From NCBI GenBank assembly GCA_034435355.1, contig DAOTXE010000036.1, positions 12,071 through 76,070 on the forward strand: a stretch of 64,000 nt of DNA, given 5' to 3'. This DNA is from Chloroflexota bacterium (GTDB lineage: Bacteria; Chloroflexota; Limnocylindria; Limnocylindrales; CSP1-4). The notes below the pieces were generated by a model. The model was not told the DNA's origin and made no database searches. It saw nothing but the letters and a program-made list of their open reading frames with translations. A program made the position numbers and the translations under genes. Shown piece by piece: positions 18,037 through 27,101 of this stretch. Numbering within the stretch: position 1 is the stretch's first letter; each line of letters begins with the position of its first letter.

Positions 18037-19616
18037 GCGCCGTCCCCGAGCTCGATCCGCCAGAGGTCCAGGACGCCATCCAGCGCACGAATGCGCTCGG
18101 CAACGGCATCCGGGGCTGCCTCGTCGAGGGCGAGGACCATCAATGCGTCGGTCCTCGGGGCCGAGCGCCCGAGGTGCATCGCGCTGATGTTGACGTCCGC
18201 CTCGCCGAGCAGGCTCCCGATCCGGCCCATCATCCCGGGTTGGTCCAGGTGGCGCGTGACGAGCAACCAGGGCGCCGGTGCCATCTCCAGCTCGTAGCCG
18301 TCCAGGCGGGCGAGGCGCTGCTCGCCGTTCGCGAGCGTCCCCGAGACGTCATGCCGCAGGCCGCCCGCGACGCCCGAGACCGTCACGAGGGTGGCGTACG
18401 GACCTGCGTCGGGCGTCTTCCGCTCGATGAGGGCGATCCCGCGTGCCTTGGCGAGGTACGCCGCGTTGACGAGGTTGACCCGCGCGTGCGTCGTGCCCTC
18501 GAGCAGGCCGCGAAGGACCGCCGCCTGGAGGAGCGTGACCTCGTGCGCGGCCAGCTCGCCGGCCACGTCGAGCGTGAGCGTCTCCACGGCTCCCCGGGCG
18601 AACTGGGCAAAGAACCGGCCGAGCGTCTCGGCGAGAGGCAGGTAGGGAGCGATCGCCCCCGCCGTCTCCGGCGAGAGCAGGGGGGCGTTGACGGCATACC
18701 GGGCCGGGCGCCCACCGAGGACGGCGAGGACCTGCTCGGCGGCCTCCTCGGCGACCAGCACCTGGGCCTCGGCCGTGGATGCGCCGAGGTGCGGCGTGAG
18801 CACGGTGTTCGGCGCCTCGAGGAGCGGGCTTCCCGTCGGCGGCTCGGTCGCGTAGACGTCGATCCCCGCCCCCGCGATCGTGCCTGCGCGGAGGGCCTCC
18901 GCCAGGGCCGCCTCGTCGACCACGGCGCCGCGGGCGACGTTGAGGAGAAACGCCGAGGGCTTCATCCGGGCAAGCTCGGCGGCGCCGATCATGCCCTTCG
19001 TCGCCTTCGTGACGGGGACGTGAAGCGTGACGACGTCCGACCGCTCCAGGAGATGGTCGAACGGGACCAGCTCGATCCCATGACGGGCCGCCTGCTCGGC
19101 GGTGACGAACGGATCGCTGCCGATGACGCTCATCTCAAGGGCCCGGGCGCGGTCGGCGATCGCCTGGCCGATCTTCCCGAGGCCGACGATCCCGAGCGTC
19201 TTGCCCCGCAACTCGTGGCCCGCGTAGGCACTCCGCTTCCACTCGCCGCGCCGCACCGACGCATCCGCGGCGGCGACCTTGCGCGCCAGCGCAAGGAGGA
19301 GGGCCAGAGTCAGCTCGGCCGCCGCGATCGTGTTGCCGGTCGGCGCGTTGACGACCGTGATCCCGGCCCGCGTCGCGGCTTCCAGGTCCACGTTGTCCAC
19401 GCCGACGCCCGCCCGGCCGATCACGGTCAGGTGGGTCCCGGCGGCGATCATGTCGGCGTCGACCTTGACCTGGCTGCGCACCACGAGCGCGTCGTAGTCG
19501 GGCAGGATCGCCCGGTACTCCTCGGGAGTCAGCCCGATCCTCTCGTCGACGTCGTGCTCGCGGCGGAGGATCTGGGTGCCCTCCGGGGCGATCGGTTCCG
19601 CGACCAGGATCTTCAT
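18033..19616 (-). CDS. serA: D-3-phosphoglycerate dehydrogenase with C-terminal ACT domain
   Basis: 527 aa. Motifs GRAGVGVDNVDL, GIVGLGKIGQAIA and the catalytic-region TPHLG. The long C-terminal extension is typical of type I SerA. Confidence 0.9.
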   Translation of the reverse strand: MKILVAEPIAPEGTQILRREHDVDERIGLTPEEYRAILPDYDALVVRSQVKVDADMIAAGTHLTVIGRAGVGVDNVDLEAATRAGITVVNAPTGNTIAAAELTLALLLALARKVAAADASVRRGEWKRSAYAGHELRGKTLGIVGLGKIGQAIADRARALEMSVIGSDPFVTAEQAARHGIELVPFDHLLERSDVVTLHVPVTKATKGMIGAAELARMKPSAFLLNVARGAVVDEAALAEALRAGTIAGAGIDVYATEPPTGSPLLEAPNTVLTPHLGASTAEAQVLVAEEAAEQVLAVLGGRPARYAVNAPLLSPETAGAIAPYLPLAETLGRFFAQFARGAVETLTLDVAGELAAHEVTLLQAAVLRGLLEGTTHARVNLVNAAYLAKARGIALIERKTPDAGPYATLVTVSGVAGGLRHDVSGTLANGEQRLARLDGYELEMAPAPWLLVTRHLDQPGMMGRIGSLLGEADVNISAMHLGRSAPRTDALMVLALDEAAPDAVAERIRALDGVLDLWRIELGDGA

Positions 19617-20803
19617 GCCGGGACCCCTTCCGGCGTCACGAGGCGCGGCTCGGCGGCGGCGAGGATCGCGCGCTGGGCGGCGGCGACGGCGGCTCCCGGC
19701 TCAACGGGGCGGCCGAGCGCCCGTGCGGCCTCCTCCATCGCCCCGATCGCGCCGAGGATGTCGTCGACGTTCACGGCGCCGAGGTGGCCGACCCGGAAGA
19801 TCTTCCCCTTGAGCTTCCCCTGGCCGCCCGCGAGGACCACGCTGCGAGCCTTCAGCTCCGCGTTGAACACCTTCCAGTCGAGGTCCTCGGGGATCCAGGC
19901 CGCCGTGACGGTGTTCGAGGCGATGCCCGGGTCGGCGAGCAGCCGGAAGCCGAGCGCCTCGAGGCCCGCCCGGGTCGCGGCAGCGCACGCCGCATGGCGC
20001 GCGAACACGCCGGCAGGCGTCTCCGCCTCCATCAGCGCGAGGCCCGCATCGACCTGGTACATGACCGCCAGCGCGGGCGTCCACGGCGTCTGGCCGCTCG
20101 CGGCCGTCTTGCGCGCCTCGCGGAGGTCGAAGTAGAAGCGCGGCATGCGCGCCGCCTCGACGGCGGCCCAGGCACGCTCGGACAGGGCGATCATCGACAT
20201 CCCGGGCGCCGCCATCCACGCCTTCTGGGAGCCGGTCACGACCACGTCGAGGCCCCAGGCGTCCATCTCGAAGGGGACCGCACCGAGCGCCGAGACGCCG
20301 TCGACGACGATCAGGGCAGAGGGCGCGAGCTCCCGGACCGCCGCGGCAAGCGCGGCGATCGGGTTCGTGACGCCGGTCGAGGTCTCGTTGTGCGTGAGCA
20401 GGACCGCGCGATAGTCGGCGTCGGCGGCCAGGTGCGCTCGGAGTGCGTCCGGATCGGCCGCCCGGCCCCACTCTGTCTCCAAGCGCTGGACGTCGGCGCC
20501 GTAGGTGCTCGCGATCTTCGCGAAGCGATCTCCGAACACGCCGGTCGGCACGGCGAGCACGCGATCGGCGGGCGAGAGCGTGTTGACGATCGCGGCCTCC
20601 AGGCCGCCGGTCCCCGCCGCCGTGAGGAGCAGGACCTCGCTCTCGGTCCCGAAGAAGACGCGCATCCGGCGGTCGATCCGGGCGAGCAGGGCGGCGAACT
20701 CCGGTCCGCGATGGTTGATCATCTGGCGTCCGCCGGCCTCGCGCACCTCGGGGGGAAGATGGGTCGGGCCGGGAATGCGGAGGTTGGGTTCGTAGCGGTG
20801 CAC
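19613..20803 (-). CDS. Class V aminotransferase (AGXT / serine-pyruvate / phosphoserine aminotransferase family)
   Basis: Motifs LRIPGPT ... MINHRGPEF and PLP-Lys region TGSQKAWMAAPG. GTG 20803 lies 6 nt after AGGAGG. The stop overlaps the serA start (ATGA). Confidence 0.85.
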   Translation of the reverse strand: MHRYEPNLRIPGPTHLPPEVREAGGRQMINHRGPEFAALLARIDRRMRVFFGTESEVLLLTAAGTGGLEAAIVNTLSPADRVLAVPTGVFGDRFAKIASTYGADVQRLETEWGRAADPDALRAHLAADADYRAVLLTHNETSTGVTNPIAALAAAVRELAPSALIVVDGVSALGAVPFEMDAWGLDVVVTGSQKAWMAAPGMSMIALSERAWAAVEAARMPRFYFDLREARKTAASGQTPWTPALAVMYQVDAGLALMEAETPAGVFARHAACAAATRAGLEALGFRLLADPGIASNTVTAAWIPEDLDWKVFNAELKARSVVLAGGQGKLKGKIFRVGHLGAVNVDDILGAIGAMEEAARALGRPVEPGAAVAAAQRAILAAAEPRLVTPEGVPA

Positions 20804-21000
20804 GGGGAGCCTCCTGGCGGGACGGTAGGAGTCGGCTGTTCGCGCCCGGGGGCGCGCGTCAACTGGGGAGGGGTCGGGGAGCCCGGCTCCAGCGTTCACG
20901 ATGGTATACGGGTCCGCGCGTGTCGCGCCGACCACCGCCGTGAAGGGCGGGACCTGGGGCCGGAGCCGCGAGCGAGGCGGGACGGCCCCGGCAGGCTCAG

Positions 21001-22317
21001 TCAGTCGCCTCGGCGATGGCGGGCGTCGGCTCGGGCGGCGAGCCGGGCTCGATGCAGCTCGCCCAGGCGGGCCTCGGCACCCTCGCCCGTCGGCTCCCAG
21101 TATCTGCGCGACGCCATGCCGCGCGGCAGGTAGTCCTGGTCGAGCGCCCCATCGGGATCGTCATGCGGGCTTCGGTAGGTCTTCGCCGCCGCCCGGAGAT
21201 GCCCCGGGACCGGGCTGGGACCGTGCGCGCGGAGCTCGTCCCGGGCGGCGAAGAAGGCCCGCCCGGCTGCCGCGGACTTCGGCGCCGCGGCAAGGAAGAT
21301 GGCCGCCTGCGCCAGCGCGTACAGCCCCTCGTCGTTCGTCTCGGCCCCGATCTTCTCGACGGCCGTCAACGCGGCCGCTGCGAGGGGCAGCCCGGCCGGC
21401 TCGGCGTTGCCCACGTCCTCGGACGCCGAGATGACGAGCCGCCGGGCGAGATAGCGTGGATCCTCGCCGGCCTCGAGGGCGGTGGCGAGCCACCAGACCG
21501 CTGCATCGGGGTCGGAGCCGCGGATGCTCTTGATCAGGGCGCTGATGACGCCGGATCTGTCGTAGCCGAGCATCGGCGACTGGGCCGCCCGGGCGATATC
21601 GGCGGACTCCACCAGGACCGGTCGTGCCGCCGGGCCGGGCGTCGTGTCGGCCACCCGCCGGTCGGCGAGAAGGCCGGCGGTCTCGAGGAGCCCGAGAAGG
21701 CGCCGGGCGTCGCCCGCCGCGTAGCCGATCAGCTGGCGCCCGGCGGCCTCGTCGAGCGCATACGCGCCGGCCAGGCCGGCGTCCGGGTCGGTGAGCGCAC
21801 GGGCGGCGATCGTGGCGAGCTCGGCCTCGCCGAGTGGCGCCAGGCGATAGACGCGCAGCCGCGAGAGGAGCGGGGGCGTGATCCCGCCGGCGATCGGCGG
21901 CTCGGTCGTCGCGCCCACGAGCACGATCGTGCCCGCCTCGACGTGGGGAAGGAGCGCATCCTGCTGGGCCTTGCTGTAGCGGTGGACCTCGTCGAGGAAG
22001 ACGACTGTCGAGCGTCCCTCGAGAGCAGCCGCGCTGCGGGCATCCTGGACCACCCCGCGCAGGGTCGCCACGCCGTCGGTCGTGGAGTTGAGTGCCGCGA
22101 AGCGCGCGCCCACCGCATCGGCGAGCAGGCGCCCGATGGTCGTCTTGCCGGAGCCCGGCGGGCCCCACAGGATGCACGAGGGGAGCCGGCCGCTCTCGAC
22201 CAGGCGCCGCAACGCCCCGCCCGGGCCGAGGAGGTGATCCTGGCCCACGACGTCGGCGAGGGAGCGCGGCCGCATGCGGTCGGCGAGAGGCCGAAGCCGA
22301 TCCGGCGGGGTGAACAT
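21001..22317 (-). CDS. rarA: Replication-associated recombination protein A (RarA/MgsA AAA+ ATPase)
   Basis: Motifs [30 protein letters not shown] and [22 protein letters not shown]. Confidence 0.9.
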   Translation of the reverse strand: MFTPPDRLRPLADRMRPRSLADVVGQDHLLGPGGALRRLVESGRLPSCILWGPPGSGKTTIGRLLADAVGARFAALNSTTDGVATLRGVVQDARSAAALEGRSTVVFLDEVHRYSKAQQDALLPHVEAGTIVLVGATTEPPIAGGITPPLLSRLRVYRLAPLGEAELATIAARALTDPDAGLAGAYALDEAAGRQLIGYAAGDARRLLGLLETAGLLADRRVADTTPGPAARPVLVESADIARAAQSPMLGYDRSGVISALIKSIRGSDPDAAVWWLATALEAGEDPRYLARRLVISASEDVGNAEPAGLPLAAAALTAVEKIGAETNDEGLYALAQAAIFLAAAPKSAAAGRAFFAARDELRAHGPSPVPGHLRAAAKTYRSPHDDPDGALDQDYLPRGMASRRYWEPTGEGAEARLGELHRARLAARADARHRRGD

Positions 22318-22396
22318 GGCCGCCGGTGGGGTGCCGACCCCGCGGCGTGCCACGTCGCGGTGCCCCGGACCGTCGGTCAGGCGTGCGGGCGCCGGG

Positions 22397-22825
22397 TCAG
22401 GAGGCCCGGAGGACGCCGGCGAGCTGCGTCACGAGGAAGGTCGCAAACAGGATCGCAAAGATCCCGATGAAGACGACCGCGATCCGGCGCAGGTCGCGGA
22501 CGACGTACGTGTACTCGTCGGCAGCCACGACCGCGAGGGTGCTGACGGCGCGTCCGCGGCCGCGGACCGGTGCTTCCGCAGCCGCGCTGCGCCGGCGCTC
22601 GCGGCCCCGGGCGAGCGCGGCACTGGCCTGGCGCTCGTCGTCGACGATGCGCGCCTCGATCGCCGCCGCGCTGGCGAGCTCGTCTTCGGTGAGCGTTCCC
22701 GCGGGCCGCTGGGGTACCGGAGCCGGGGTTGCCGCGGCGACCGGCCGGGCGGGGATCCGCCCGGCCGTGTTCTTGGCGGGGGTCCGCTGACCCGGTCGCG
22801 CGCTGCCGCGCTGGCGTTTCGCCAT
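22397..22825 (-). CDS. Hypothetical protein, basic N-terminus and C-terminal TM anchor
   Basis: ATG 22825 lies 11 nt after AGGAGG. C-terminal TM is IAVVFIGIFAILFATFLVTQLAGVL. I recognise no family. Confidence 0.5.
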   Translation of the reverse strand: MAKRQRGSARPGQRTPAKNTAGRIPARPVAAATPAPVPQRPAGTLTEDELASAAAIEARIVDDERQASAALARGRERRRSAAAEAPVRGRGRAVSTLAVVAADEYTYVVRDLRRIAVVFIGIFAILFATFLVTQLAGVLRAS

Positions 22826-22872
22826 GCTGAGGTCGGCCTCCTGGATCTTCCGGGGATGTGGGCCGGGCGTGC

Positions 22873-22909
22873 TCGGACGCGTGTCCGGGACGGGCGCGTG
22901 CGCGTCCGA
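22873..22909. promoter_or_regulatory. Inverted repeat TCGGACGCG-N19-CGCGTCCGA in divergent intergenic region
   Basis: Perfect 9-nt arms at 22873-22881 and 22901-22909, between divergent starts 22825 (-) and 23025 (+). Confidence 0.3.
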
Positions 22910-22992
22910 CGAGGCCGAAGAATAGCACCGCCGGCAGCTGGTGGAGCCGCGGCGCAGGTCGGATCGCCAGCAGGTCCCGGGCGAGCGCGCCC

Positions 22993-23001
22993 TGCTAGAC
23001 T
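22993..23001 (+). promoter_or_regulatory. Candidate extended -10 promoter TGC-TAGACT
   Basis: TGCTAGACTCG at 22993-23003, then GGAGG, then GTG 23025. The 11-mer is identical to the one upstream of topA. Confidence 0.4.
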
Positions 23002-23024
23002 CGAGGGACCCCACCGGAGGACCC

Positions 23025-23534
23025 GTGAGCGACATCAGCGCGCTCGTCCGCGACAACATCGGCCCGATCGTGGGCCTTCTCGTTCTCGCCCTCGCCATCG
23101 TCGCCTGGGTGCTGCTGGCCGTCGTCCGGCGCGGGCGCGTGCTGGAGGCACGCCTGGCGGCGCTGACACGCGGGGACGACGGCACCAGCCTGGCCGATGT
23201 CCTCGAGGCACACCTCGACAAGGTGTACGCCGTCGCGCGGCGGCAGGACGCGCTCGACAGCCGCGCGGCTGCCCTGGAGGAGCGTGCCCGCCACAGCGTG
23301 CAGGGCATCAGCCTGGTCCGCTTCAACAACTTCGACGACACCGGCGGCAACCAGAGCTTCGCGCTCGCGCTCACGGACCCGGAGACGAACGGGGTCGTCC
23401 TCTCGAGCCTGCACGCGCGCAACCAGACCCGCGTCTACGGCAAGGCCGTCAACCGCGGCGTTGCGGAGGGCGCGCTCTCCGCGGAGGAGAGCGCGGCGCT
23501 GCGCGAGGCGACGGACCGGGCGCTCGGGCGCTGA
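23025..23534 (+). CDS. DUF4446-like membrane-anchored protein
   Basis: N-terminal TM, a coiled-coil region, then ISLVRFNNFDDTGGNQSFALALTD ... GVVLSSLHAR ... RVYGK. The family name is from memory and is not verified. Confidence 0.65.
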   Translation: MSDISALVRDNIGPIVGLLVLALAIVAWVLLAVVRRGRVLEARLAALTRGDDGTSLADVLEAHLDKVYAVARRQDALDSRAAALEERARHSVQGISLVRFNNFDDTGGNQSFALALTDPETNGVVLSSLHARNQTRVYGKAVNRGVAEGALSAEESAALREATDRALGR

Positions 23535-23544
23535 CGGGGGGCGC

Positions 23545-26500
23545 ATGACGCCCCGTTCGCCGCGGCGCCGGCCGGCTACCCCGCTCGAGCAGATTCCCGT
23601 CTGGCTGGAGCACGTCGCCCCCGCGACCTCGATGCCCGGGGAGCCAGCTGGCGCCGGGGTCGAGGCGCTGCTCGCCGACCTCAACCCGCAGCAGCGGCGC
23701 GCGGTCACCCACGGTGATGGGCCGCTCCTGGTGGTCGCCGGCGCCGGGACCGGCAAGACCCAGGTGGTCACCCGGAGGATCGCCTGGCTCATCGCATCGA
23801 AACGGGCGAAGCCGTCGGAGATTCTGGCCCTGACCTTCACCGACAAGGCAGCCGAGGAGATGCAGCTCCGGGTCGACCAGCTGGTGCCCTATGGGTACAC
23901 GGACACGCTTGTCGCCACGTTCCACGCGTTCGGCGACCGGGTGGTGCGGGAGCATGCGCTGGAGCTTGGGCTTCCGTCGGAGCCGCGCGTCCTGACGCGC
24001 CCGGAGACCGTGATCTTCCTGCGCGAGCGGCTCTTCCGGCTGGAGCTCGACGCCTACCGGCCGCTCGGCGACCCGACGAGATTCCTGGGCGCGCTCGCCG
24101 CGCTCTTCAGCCGACTGAAGGACGAGGACGTTACTCCCGAGCAGTACCGCCTTCATGCCGCGGGGCTGGCGGCAGCCGCGGAGGCCGCCGGGGAGGGACC
24201 GGGCGGCGCAGCACTGCGGGACGACGCCCGCCGGCACGCGGAGCTCGCGGCCGCCTATGGGCGATACCAGGAGCTCCTCGCCGAAGCCGGCGCGATCGAT
24301 TTCGGAGACCAGGTGCGCCTCGCGCTCGTGCTCCTCCGGGAGCATCCGGCCGCGCGCCGCGCGCTCCAGGACCGCTTCCGCTACGTCCTCGTGGACGAGT
24401 TCCAGGATGTGAACCGCGCGCAGTCCCAGCTGGTGGCCCTCATCGCCGAGCCGCGCCGGAACGTGACGGCAGTGGGCGACGACGACCAGTCGATCTATCG
24501 CTTCCGGGGTGCGGCGACCGGCGCGATCGTGGACTTCCTGGCCCACTTCCAGGGTGCAGGGATGATCGTCATGCGCCGGAACTACCGGTCGCGGGCGCCG
24601 ATCCTGGACGCGTCGTACCGGCTGATCCGCTTCAACGACCCGGACCGCCTCGAAGTCCAGCGCGGGATCGTGAAGCGGCTCGTCGCGCACCGCCGGGGGA
24701 GGACATCGGTGCCCGTGCGCCAGGTCGCATTCGCGGCCGGCACGGACGAGGCCGACTGGGTCGCCGGGGAGATCGATCGCCGCATCCACGCCGGCGCGCG
24801 ACCGCTCGACCACGCGGTGCTGGTGCGGGCCAACGCGGACGCGGACCCGATCCTGCGCTCCCTCAACCTCGTCGGCGTCCCGTGGCGCTTCTCGGGCGTC
24901 TCGGGTCTGTACGGGCGCCCCGAGGTGCGGCTGCTCCTCGCGTTCCTGCGTGTCGTCGCGGACCCGAACAGCTCCGTGGACGTGTTCGCGCTCGCCGCGT
25001 CCGAGCCGTACGGGTTGGCCGGGGATGACCTCGCCGTTCTGACGAACCGCGCCCGGCGCACGAACCGAAGCCTCCGCGAGACGCTCGAGGAGGTCGACGC
25101 GCAGCCAGGCCTCGTTCGCCTGCGCCCGGAGACACGGACCTCCCTCTCGCGGCTCGCGGCCGACCTGCGCCGCTACACCGAGCTGGGGAGCCTGCGCCCG
25201 GCGGGCGAGGTCCTCTACGAGTTCCTCAGGGCGTCGGGGTCCCTGCGGGCATTCGCGGAGGCGGCGACGCCCGCCGCGGAAGAGGCGGCCGGCAACGTGG
25301 CGCGCTTCTTCGAGATCATCCGGGCCCAGTCGTCCCTCCTGGTGGACGACCGGGCGGTCTTCCTCGCCCCGCACCTGCAGACCCTCATCGAGGCGGGCGA
25401 CGACCCCGCGACCGCGGACCTCGATCCCGACGCGGACGCGGTCGCGGTGGTCACGGTCCACAAGGCGAAGGGCCTGGAGTGGCCGGTCGTCTACATGGTT
25501 GGGCTCGTGGACGGCCGCTTCCCGGCCCGCGGGAGGCGCGAGCAGCTCGCCGTGCCCGATGCGCTGCTCCAGGGGACGTTCCCGGTCGGTGACGCCTCCG
25601 CGCAGGAGGAGCGGCGCCTCTTCTACGTGGGGATGACCCGTGCTCGCGACGAGCTGGTCCTGAGCCATGCCCTCGACTATGGCGGGAAGCGAACGCGACG
25701 CGTCTCGCCGTTCGTGCTGGAGGCGCTCGACCTGCCGGCAGGCACGTCGCCGGCGACGCGCGTCTCGGGCGCGCTGGAGCGCCTCGCCGCCCACGACGCA
25801 CCGGCGATCCCGGCCCCGGCGGTGGGATCCCGTGGGCAGGCGCAGCCGCTCATGCTCAGCTTCCACCAGGTGGATGCCTACCTGGCGTGTCCGCTCCGCT
25901 ACAGGTACGCACACGTGCTCCGCGTCCCGACCGCGCCGCACCACGCGATCGTGTACGGATCGGCGCTGCATCTCGCCGTCCAGGAGTTTCACAAGCGCCA
26001 TGCCCGGGGCATCGTGATGAGCGAGGCGGAGCTGGCCGCCGTCTTCGAGCAGGCGTGGACCAGCGAGGGGTTCGTCTCGCGAGAGCACGAGGAGGCGCGC
26101 CTGGCGGCCGGCCGCGACGCGTTGCGCCGGTTTCGGCAGGCCCAGCTGGTGCCCGGCGCGATCATCCCCGCTTCCGTCGAGCGGGAGTTCGCGTTCCTCC
26201 TCGACGGCGACCGGGTGCGCGGCCGGATGGACCGACTCGACCTCATCCCTGTGCCTGCTGCCGGGAGCCGCCCCGATCGGCCCGGGAAGGGACCTGCGGT
26301 CGCCGACGCCGCGGACGTGGTCGAGCCCGCGCTCCCGCTCCTCCACGAGCGCGTCGTGATCACGGACTACAAGAGCTCGGACATCCGCGATCCGGCGAAG
26401 GCCCGCGAGCGAGCCCGTGACTCCCTGCAGCTCACGATTTACGCGATGGCCTGGCAGGCAGAGACCGGGCGCCTGCCCGACGCCGTCGCCCTGCACTTCC

Positions 26501-26679
26501 TGGACTCGGGGCTGGTCGGGACAGCGGAAGTGGACGGGGCCCGCGTGGAGCGCGGGGTCGCCGACATCCGCCTGGCCGCGGCCGGGATCAGGGCCGGCGA
26601 TTTCGAGGCCCGCCCCTCGTATGTGGCGTGCTCGTGGTGCGCGTTCCGCGACATCTGCCCGTCGAGCGTCGCGCGCTAG
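23545..26679 (+). CDS. UvrD/Rep-family helicase fused to C-terminal PD-(D/E)XK nuclease with Cys4 (Cas4/AddB-type) cluster
   Basis: Helicase motifs LLVVAGAGTGKT, VLVDEFQD and TVHKAKGLEWPVV. The C-terminal domain has CPLRYRY ... VITDYKSS ... CSWCAFRDICP. ATG 23545 was verified in frame. Confidence 0.85.
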   Translation: MTPRSPRRRPATPLEQIPVWLEHVAPATSMPGEPAGAGVEALLADLNPQQRRAVTHGDGPLLVVAGAGTGKTQVVTRRIAWLIASKRAKPSEILALTFTDKAAEEMQLRVDQLVPYGYTDTLVATFHAFGDRVVREHALELGLPSEPRVLTRPETVIFLRERLFRLELDAYRPLGDPTRFLGALAALFSRLKDEDVTPEQYRLHAAGLAAAAEAAGEGPGGAALRDDARRHAELAAAYGRYQELLAEAGAIDFGDQVRLALVLLREHPAARRALQDRFRYVLVDEFQDVNRAQSQLVALIAEPRRNVTAVGDDDQSIYRFRGAATGAIVDFLAHFQGAGMIVMRRNYRSRAPILDASYRLIRFNDPDRLEVQRGIVKRLVAHRRGRTSVPVRQVAFAAGTDEADWVAGEIDRRIHAGARPLDHAVLVRANADADPILRSLNLVGVPWRFSGVSGLYGRPEVRLLLAFLRVVADPNSSVDVFALAASEPYGLAGDDLAVLTNRARRTNRSLRETLEEVDAQPGLVRLRPETRTSLSRLAADLRRYTELGSLRPAGEVLYEFLRASGSLRAFAEAATPAAEEAAGNVARFFEIIRAQSSLLVDDRAVFLAPHLQTLIEAGDDPATADLDPDADAVAVVTVHKAKGLEWPVVYMVGLVDGRFPARGRREQLAVPDALLQGTFPVGDASAQEERRLFYVGMTRARDELVLSHALDYGGKRTRRVSPFVLEALDLPAGTSPATRVSGALERLAAHDAPAIPAPAVGSRGQAQPLMLSFHQVDAYLACPLRYRYAHVLRVPTAPHHAIVYGSALHLAVQEFHKRHARGIVMSEAELAAVFEQAWTSEGFVSREHEEARLAAGRDALRRFRQAQLVPGAIIPASVEREFAFLLDGDRVRGRMDRLDLIPVPAAGSRPDRPGKGPAVADAADVVEPALPLLHERVVITDYKSSDIRDPAKARERARDSLQLTIYAMAWQAETGRLPDAVALHFLDSGLVGTAEVDGARVERGVADIRLAAAGIRAGDFEARPSYVACSWCAFRDICPSSVAR

Positions 26680-26682
26680 ACT
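26677..26682 (+). promoter_or_regulatory. Candidate -10 (TAGACT) 7 nt upstream of GTG 26690 (leaderless?)
   Basis: TAGACT incorporates the helicase stop codon TAG. There is no SD before GTG 26690. Confidence 0.3.
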
Positions 26683-26689
26683 CCGGGAC

Positions 26690-27064
26690 GTGGAGGCGCG
26701 TGACCGGCTGGCCAACCTCGGGACCTTCGGGGCCGCTGCCGTCGCGTGGATCCTGGTGGCGCTTCTCGTGACGACGCGCGACCCGCGAGCCGATCCGGCC
26801 GCCGGATTCGTGGGGGCGGCGCTGATGGGCCTCGCGCTTGGGCTCACGAGCGTCCCGCTCTTCTGGCTCGCGGCCTTCGGCCGTCACCGCCGGATCGCCT
26901 ACCGCGGCGACTGGGTCCGCGCGGCGCGCCGCGGCCTGTGGGTCGGGCTGGTGGTCGGCCTGTTCGTGGCGCTGCGGCTCCAGGCGATCCTGAGCCTGCC
27001 CATCGCCGTCTTCGTCTGCGTGCTCGTCGTCTTCGCCGAGATCACGCTGTCCATCGAGCGCTGA
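26690..27064 (+). CDS. Small hypothetical membrane protein (3-4 TM)
   Basis: Hydrophobic segments are FGAAAVAWILVALLV, FVGAALMGLALGLTSVPLFWLAAF, LWVGLVVGLFVAL and IAVFVCVLVVFAEI. The start is uncertain. Confidence 0.5.
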   Translation: MEARDRLANLGTFGAAAVAWILVALLVTTRDPRADPAAGFVGAALMGLALGLTSVPLFWLAAFGRHRRIAYRGDWVRAARRGLWVGLVVGLFVALRLQAILSLPIAVFVCVLVVFAEITLSIER

Positions 27065-27101
27065 TCCTGCCGATTCCGAGCCCGAAACCTGGAGGTCGTC
27101 C

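Noticed and set aside
20804-21000. Structured leader or riboswitch upstream of the aminotransferase-serA operon, and a rarA terminator
   Set aside because: I found only imperfect GC palindromes (for example GGTCCGCGCGTGTCGCGCCGACC) and a TTGACG with no properly spaced -10. Nothing can be identified confidently by eye.
23449-26847. 1132-aa ORF antisense to the UvrD-nuclease gene. Similar giant antisense or alternate-frame ORFs occur at 9078-11213, 12272-14701, 38203-41166, 48975-51782 and 53630-56929.
   Set aside because: All are R/P/G/A-rich low-complexity translations that overlap genes with strong family motifs on the other strand or in another frame. I treat them as GC-content artefacts.
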